From Candidatus Altimarinota bacterium (GTDB lineage: Bacteria; Patescibacteriota; Gracilibacteria; 1-14-2-50-48-13), in NCBI GenBank assembly GCA_046314355.1, contig JBKBWQ010000001.1, positions 864,001-928,000 on the forward strand: DNA of 64,000 nucleotides, given 5' to 3'. The position numbers were made by a program, and so were the translations under genes. Position 1 is the first letter of the stretch. Every line of letters starts with the position of its first letter. Under the pieces are notes generated by a model. That model did no database searches and had not been told where the DNA came from. It saw nothing but the letters and a program-made list of their open reading frames with translations. This document shows, one piece after another, positions 58,912-64,000 of this stretch.

Positions 58912-59190
58912 TATTTAACAACGTAGTAAGGCAGTGAACCACTCGCTATCGTTCGGGTACACTGCATGAACCCATTCGCTTTCTAGGTGAAATAAACCAA
59001 CATACTTGTAGCTTAACGTTTGGCGTGCCATGATGAAAAACATTCTGCAACTATTTAACGATGTAGTAAGGCAGTAAACCATTCACTAGCGCTCAGGTAT
59101 ACTGCATGAACCACATACTTCATTAAAGTACGTGAATTGATTTATGTGCATTGGCGTGCCATGTACCCGAGGCGATAGCCGAGTGGTTCA
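58912..59190. repeat. Tandem hairpin repeat array abutting the tRNA-Gln 3' end
   Basis: Two units starting 140 nt apart (58912, 59052): TATTTAAC...GTAGTAAGGCAGT.AACCA.TC.CTA.CG.TC.GGTA.ACTGCATGAACC...CATACTT...TTGGCGTGCCATG. An inverted copy of the hairpin core lies at 59163-59190. Confidence 0.8.
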
Positions 59191-59264
59191 TGGCTCGGGA
59201 AGAAGGAATCGAACCTTCATTGGCGGAGTCAAAGTCCGATGTCCTACCATTAGACGATTCCCGA
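59191..59264 (-). tRNA. tRNA-Gln (anticodon UUG), CCA encoded
   Basis: Minus strand TCGGGAA TCGTCTAATGGTAGGAC A TCGGA CT-TTG-AC TCCGC CAAT GAAGG TTCGATT CCTTC TTCCCGA GCCA. Confidence 0.95.
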
Positions 59265-59404
59265 ATATTGCTTACTTAACTCGTATATCTTATCGATTTA
59301 CCTCGTATCCGCAAGCATTTTTAGAAAGTAGAGAGTATTTCTTAGAAAAATCGATGACAAATATGAAAACAGAGTTACTATAAAATATAGAATTATTTTC
59401 ATCT

Positions 59405-60061
59405 ATGTTTCATTCCCCTGTATTAGACATCCAGAATACTGCTGCGCAAATAGCTTTTCTTAGGTCAAAAAGACTTAGGAAAGATTTTTATAAAAGAGAC
59501 ACACTTGAAGTGTTGTCAAAATGTCTTGGTAAGCTTCTTGTAACCTATATAGATGGAGAACTTACCGTAGGAAGGATCACAGAGGCTGAAGCATATCTTG
59601 GACATGAAGATAAGGCTGCTCATTCCTACAACGGCAGACGTACGGCACGTACCGCTATCATGTTTGAAGAAGGAGGATACTCATATGTCTTTGTAGTGCA
59701 TACTCATATGCAGTTCAACTTTGTCACTCAGGAAAAAGAAATTCCACAGGCTATACTTGTACGAGGCATAGAGCCAGTTATTGGAACAGATATCATGCAG
59801 AGACGCAGGCAAAAAGATGACCTTCTCTCTCTCGGGACAGGACCAGGCAAGCTCACAAAAAGTTTAGGAATTACAAAAAACCTTCATTATGGAGTTGATC
59901 TCACCACCAATGATTCACTTTTTTTGGCTGATGACGACTTTCAGGTATCAGATAAAGATATTATGAAAACAACTCGAGTGGGTATTGATTATGCAGAAGA
60001 CTATAGAGAAAAACCATGGAGATATTATATTAAAAATTCAAAATTTATCAGTAAGAAGTAG
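59405..60061 (+). CDS. mpg: 3-methyladenine DNA glycosylase (MPG/AAG family)
   Basis: GRITEAEAYLG..D.AAHS, LVRGIEP, GPGKL...LGI, RVGI...PWR. Confidence 0.93.
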   Translation: MFHSPVLDIQNTAAQIAFLRSKRLRKDFYKRDTLEVLSKCLGKLLVTYIDGELTVGRITEAEAYLGHEDKAAHSYNGRRTARTAIMFEEGGYSYVFVVHTHMQFNFVTQEKEIPQAILVRGIEPVIGTDIMQRRRQKDDLLSLGTGPGKLTKSLGITKNLHYGVDLTTNDSLFLADDDFQVSDKDIMKTTRVGIDYAEDYREKPWRYYIKNSKFISKK

Positions 60062-60103
60062 GCTTTCTATGGTATAATAGATAGATAATTTTAAGAATAC
60101 TTC

Positions 60104-62878
60104 ATGCCAAAAACAAAAACACAAAAAGCCGCTATTGTACTTGCCGTACTTCTAATAACTACGGCAGTTTCTTATGTGGTATCAAATCGAGATCAGTTCG
60201 CCAGTTCACTTCTAAGTCAGGCAGATATTGAAAAAAGTACGAAAGTAGATTGGTCACAAAATACTGCATCCAGCGGATCTCTCATTTTAGAAAAAGAGGC
60301 AGTCATGCAGCAAAGCTGGAATACACTCATCTTAAATAAGATATCTAGTTTTACCCCCGAACAAAAGAACGGTCTTCAGGAGGTCTTAAAAAGTATTCTT
60401 TTTCAAAATAATACTCCCTTCTCAGTCAATCATTCTAGTTCAAGTAACAATGGCTCAACTATTTTAGGTAAAACTTCCAGCGGACAAAGTATCGGAATGC
60501 TTTTTAATAATACGGATAGTCCACAGACATACACTCTGATAAATTCCCCGAAGGAAGTGAAAAGTGTCCTCCTTACAAAACGAACACAAACAGGAGCTCT
60601 CCTTGAAGAAAAAATCCTATCAGCTACAAATTCAGGCGCACTCATTAGTGCCAGCAGCAGTATGCTTGCTACGCCCTTTGAATGGGGTGTAAATGGACAT
60701 CCTCTCGGCACTTACCCATATCTTGATATTAGTATTGATGAACAGCTACAAAAAGTGAGAGATCTCGGTATGGATTGGTACCGCTTTGACTACGCTGGGG
60801 GAGGAAGACCAGGGTGTGATGCGAATTGTCTTGTAAGAGAGCTTATTCAAAAACGAGGTAATCTTAAACTCTCAATACCTATTTTTCCCAACGATCTTGT
60901 CTTTCAGGGAAATAAAATAAGACTTAAAGACGGTATCGTTGTATACCGCCGTGACGATGGTGTGATTATAAAAGAAGATGGCACCCCCTACACTGGCTCA
61001 GAAAATATCAATGAAGGAACCGCCTTAACAAAACCAGATGGTACCGCAGTCTATGCCTATTCCAGAGAACAGGTAAAAGCAAATGCGGCGTGGTATGGAG
61101 AAGCAATTGCCAGTTCATATAAGAGTCAGGTTGCAGTATGGGAAATGAATAATGAGCTCAATGCTTTTACCTTTGCACGCACTCTGTCACTGACAAATTG
61201 GAAGAATCTACCTCCAGAACAGCATGATCCTACAAAAATATGGAATGATCTAGTTACCGGTATATCGCAAGATTATAATTCTGCACTCTACAATGAAGAA
61301 CGCTACCAGCGTGTACTTGCACAGCTTTCAGGTCTCTCAGAAGGTATCAGAAAAGGTGATCCCTCGGCAAGGATTGCAATCAGCAGTGCTGGAGTATCTC
61401 CCTCATTCTTTGAAAAACTTATCGGAGATGGAGTAGATTTTGACATTATCCAGTACCACAACTATGGAAATAAGGATTCTACTGATCTAGAAAAAGAAAT
61501 TATTATCGATGGTCTTAAAAGAGCCAGTAAGTTTGGAAAGGAAATCTATATAGGTGAAGGTAACCGTGCTCACGGCAGCTATACTGCATCCGGCAATGAG
61601 CAAGAAGAGTATCTCAAAGAGATTCTTCCCTTTATCCAGAAATTCTATCCTCTCGTCAGAGGCTACTTCTTTTATGAACTTCTTGATGAGCCATATGCAG
61701 CGGTACCTTGGGAAAAAGAATATGGTCTTTATACAGTGAAAAAAGATCAGAATGAAAAGTTTGTGATTGATCAGAAGAAGGCATTTCTTCCTGCAGTTGA
61801 AAATGTTATGAAAGAGCTCCATCAACATTCTATAAGTAATATTCCTGCGCTTGTATCAGAGATTTCTTCTCTTCCAGAATTAGCAGTACAAGTACATACA
61901 GCCAATTCTGAAAATATGATTTCCATTACTCTCCCTGCCAATAGTACAGCAGTAGTTTCTGACACTTCACTGCTCATCAATCATGTTCAGCTTTTAAAAA
62001 ATTCTTATCAGTATTTTGATTATCTTCTACAAACCTACCCAGAGCTTCAGACATATCTCCTTCCAAAAACTTTAACCGCATCATTTACTCCTGAACTTGA
62101 AAAAGTAACAGTAGTTTCAAATACTAATACGATTACCACTAATACCCCTCTTCCCTCTCAACCGGATGTTTCTCTTCCTCCAATACAGACTATAACTCCA
62201 GCACCTACTCAGATCTTTAATAATTCTTCTGGAGCTTCATATTACAGGGCACCAAGCACTACTAATACGACACCTCTACCTAGTCCTCTTAAGGCGAGTG
62301 CCCCCAAAGAAATTCCATTTAAGGATATTAAAGGACATTTTGCTGAAAGTGCCATTATCAGTCTTTTTGAAAAAGGTATTATTACTGGTCAGACACCAGT
62401 ACTTTTCAATCCGAATGCTCAGCTCAACCGTGCTGAAGCAGCTACCTTGATCACTAAAGCATATTTTAAAGAAAAAAATCCTCAAGAATTTCTGAATTCT
62501 TTTCGCAAACAGCATCCTGCATATACGTACCTTTTCTTTAAAGATGTACTCCTTCAATCATGGTTTGCACCTTATGTAGGTATAATCAAAGAAGAAGGCA
62601 TTATACGAGGTACTTCCCCAACACACTATGAACCTGTGCGAAGCATTACGAGAGCTGAGTATTTAAAAATTGTACTAGAAGCACGGAAAAAATTTATAGA
62701 AGCAAGCACTATCCCTTCAAACCTTCCGCGGGATGTAAAGCCTACCGACTGGTTTGCTCCTTATGTATCTCAAGGTTTTCATCAGGGTATTATCGATCAA
62801 AAATTATTTTTTGAACCTAATAGATTTATTACAAGAGCTGAAGCTGTGAAGATACTCTCTATTGCTTTAAATAAGTAA
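60104..62878 (+). CDS. SLH-anchored protein with a clan GH-A-like glycoside hydrolase TIM barrel
   Basis: WGVNGH, LGMDWYRFD, WEMNNE (acid/base), H.Y, IYIGEG (nucleophile), FYELLD...YGL; Pro/Thr linker; three SLH. Confidence 0.8.
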   Translation: MPKTKTQKAAIVLAVLLITTAVSYVVSNRDQFASSLLSQADIEKSTKVDWSQNTASSGSLILEKEAVMQQSWNTLILNKISSFTPEQKNGLQEVLKSILFQNNTPFSVNHSSSSNNGSTILGKTSSGQSIGMLFNNTDSPQTYTLINSPKEVKSVLLTKRTQTGALLEEKILSATNSGALISASSSMLATPFEWGVNGHPLGTYPYLDISIDEQLQKVRDLGMDWYRFDYAGGGRPGCDANCLVRELIQKRGNLKLSIPIFPNDLVFQGNKIRLKDGIVVYRRDDGVIIKEDGTPYTGSENINEGTALTKPDGTAVYAYSREQVKANAAWYGEAIASSYKSQVAVWEMNNELNAFTFARTLSLTNWKNLPPEQHDPTKIWNDLVTGISQDYNSALYNEERYQRVLAQLSGLSEGIRKGDPSARIAISSAGVSPSFFEKLIGDGVDFDIIQYHNYGNKDSTDLEKEIIIDGLKRASKFGKEIYIGEGNRAHGSYTASGNEQEEYLKEILPFIQKFYPLVRGYFFYELLDEPYAAVPWEKEYGLYTVKKDQNEKFVIDQKKAFLPAVENVMKELHQHSISNIPALVSEISSLPELAVQVHTANSENMISITLPANSTAVVSDTSLLINHVQLLKNSYQYFDYLLQTYPELQTYLLPKTLTASFTPELEKVTVVSNTNTITTNTPLPSQPDVSLPPIQTITPAPTQIFNNSSGASYYRAPSTTNTTPLPSPLKASAPKEIPFKDIKGHFAESAIISLFEKGIITGQTPVLFNPNAQLNRAEAATLITKAYFKEKNPQEFLNSFRKQHPAYTYLFFKDVLLQSWFAPYVGIIKEEGIIRGTSPTHYEPVRSITRAEYLKIVLEARKKFIEASTIPSNLPRDVKPTDWFAPYVSQGFHQGIIDQKLFFEPNRFITRAEAVKILSIALNK

Positions 62879-62949
62879 TCTTCACCGTATTGACATATAA
62901 CGCCTTATTTGTATATTACTTTTGTATACAAAAACAGAAAGGAAACAAA

Positions 62950-63318
62950 ATGATAAAACATTTTAAAAAAACAGCAGTTGTTTTACTGACATTGATACCA
63001 GTGTCATGCTCACCTCCTAAGGTAGTAGATATCTCAATTGCACCTGCTGCAGTTAGATTAGAAAAGATCAAAGATATTACCGAAAAAAGTGCTATTGTCT
63101 CATGGATCAGTAATACTAAAGAAATAACTTATGACGTGCTTGTGTCTCCAAATGCAAGCCAACTGCAAGTCGTATATAGTGGCATTAAGAGTACAAATGT
63201 TACTATTAACAATCTTAATAAAGGAACTACTTATTATTTCACAGTAGTTGGCAGGACTGCATTAGGGTCAACTATTACAGCTCAAAACGGACCGCTAAGT
63301 TTTACAACCGCACCATAA
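62950..63318 (+). CDS. FN3-domain lipoprotein
   Basis: Signal peptide ending ...PVSC; ITEKSA.VSW...NL.KGTTYYF.V...FTT. Confidence 0.8.
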   Translation: MIKHFKKTAVVLLTLIPVSCSPPKVVDISIAPAAVRLEKIKDITEKSAIVSWISNTKEITYDVLVSPNASQLQVVYSGIKSTNVTINNLNKGTTYYFTVVGRTALGSTITAQNGPLSFTTAP

Positions 63319-63333
63319 CAAAAAATTTAAACT

Positions 63334-63364
63334 GAGCTTCTAAAAATCTTTAGAAGCTCTTTTA
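63334..63364 (+). terminator. Intrinsic terminator
   Basis: GAGCTTCTAAA...TTTAGAAGCTC followed by a T run. Confidence 0.65.
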
Positions 63365-63436
63365 TTATATATGTGTATAATTTGTTATTTAAAGCATTCT
63401 ATTGTATAATATCATATTAACCTTATTTATTCTTCA

Positions 63437-64000
63437 ATGCCCCTCCCAGAAGAATACCAAAATACGGAATACAATATCTCCGATAGAAGCGAGAGGTTTA
63501 TGCTTGGGACAGGTATCATACTGGCTCTTTTTATTGGAGTCGGTGTAGGATTGATGCTATATAATCCTCTAGGTATCGGTATGCTGACCGGATTTATTGC
63601 AAAGGATAACTCATGTAGAGCAGAAAGTACTGAGCTCCTTAAAGAACAGGAAGTGTTTATTACTGCACAGGATACTGTCTCTCAGACTCAAGACAAATTA
63701 AATGCACTTACTCAAAAAATAGACAGTGCCTGGAATAATTCTCAAAAAAATACTCTGCAGGGAAAATCAAATAAGGAAGATCTTCTTTTACTGCAGGATT
63801 ATTACAGACAAAAGACTTCTCTGGAGAAAAATCTTTTCTCCGCAAAAGAGAGTGTTTATGATTCAAAGAACGATCTCTCACAAGCACAGGAAAATATAAA
63901 ACGCTGTATAGATATGTCTGCCGCAACAGCTCGAACAACCTCTCTTGAACAAGTGGCATCTCATGCTGTATCAGTAAATGATACAAACACACTCCAGAGT
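63437..64000 (+). CDS. N-anchored coiled-coil protein (partial; runs off the window)
   Basis: Manually translated open frame MPLPEEYQ...TGIILALFIGVGVGLMLYNPLGIGMLTGFIAK..., no stop before 64000. Confidence 0.7.
   Translation, partial: MPLPEEYQNTEYNISDRSERFMLGTGIILALFIGVGVGLMLYNPLGIGMLTGFIAKDNSCRAESTELLKEQEVFITAQDTVSQTQDKLNALTQKIDSAWNNSQKNTLQGKSNKEDLLLLQDYYRQKTSLEKNLFSAKESVYDSKNDLSQAQENIKRCIDMSAATARTTSLEQVASHAVSVNDTNTLQS

Noticed and set aside
58912-59190. CRISPR array
   Set aside because: Only two long diverged units, no constant 25-45-nt repeat with regular spacers, and no cas genes.
59191-59264. Prophage/ICE integrated at tRNA-Gln
   Set aside because: No integrase and no duplicated tRNA 3' end seen in the window.

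Overview
AT-rich, gene-dense bacterial chromosomal window. It reads in genetic code 11, has no obvious Shine-Dalgarno motifs, and encodes several large N-anchored SLH/Ig surface proteins; this suggests a Patescibacteria (CPR) genome, probably Peregrinibacteria/Abawacabacteria-like (inference). Housekeeping genes: der/engA, tgt, HPF, murJ, sbcD and sbcC, a DEAD-box helicase, ppaC, mpg and tRNA-Gln(UUG). Accessory stress blocks: an ArsR-led array of seven START/SRPBCC paralogues with VOC genes, a Phd/RelE-type toxin-antitoxin pair, PadR-PspC, and an MFS/VOC block. Best candidates for undescribed biology: (1) a 1029-aa polymorphic-toxin-like protein with a split, divergent GGDEF-like domain plus a second degenerate one, followed 3 nt later by a small immunity-like gene; (2) a cohesin-like + SLH protein co-encoded with an anchorless 2460-aa Ig adhesin ending in a dockerin-like motif; (3) a two-gene wHTH + PLD-like nuclease cassette whose second gene is broken at a G9 tract; (4) an intact M16 peptidase inserted between sbcD and sbcC; (5) a shared post-transmembrane motif on surface proteins; (6) REP/REPIN-like hairpin elements, including a tandem array fused to the tRNA-Gln 3' end. 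All domain calls come from motif recognition by eye; no searches were run.
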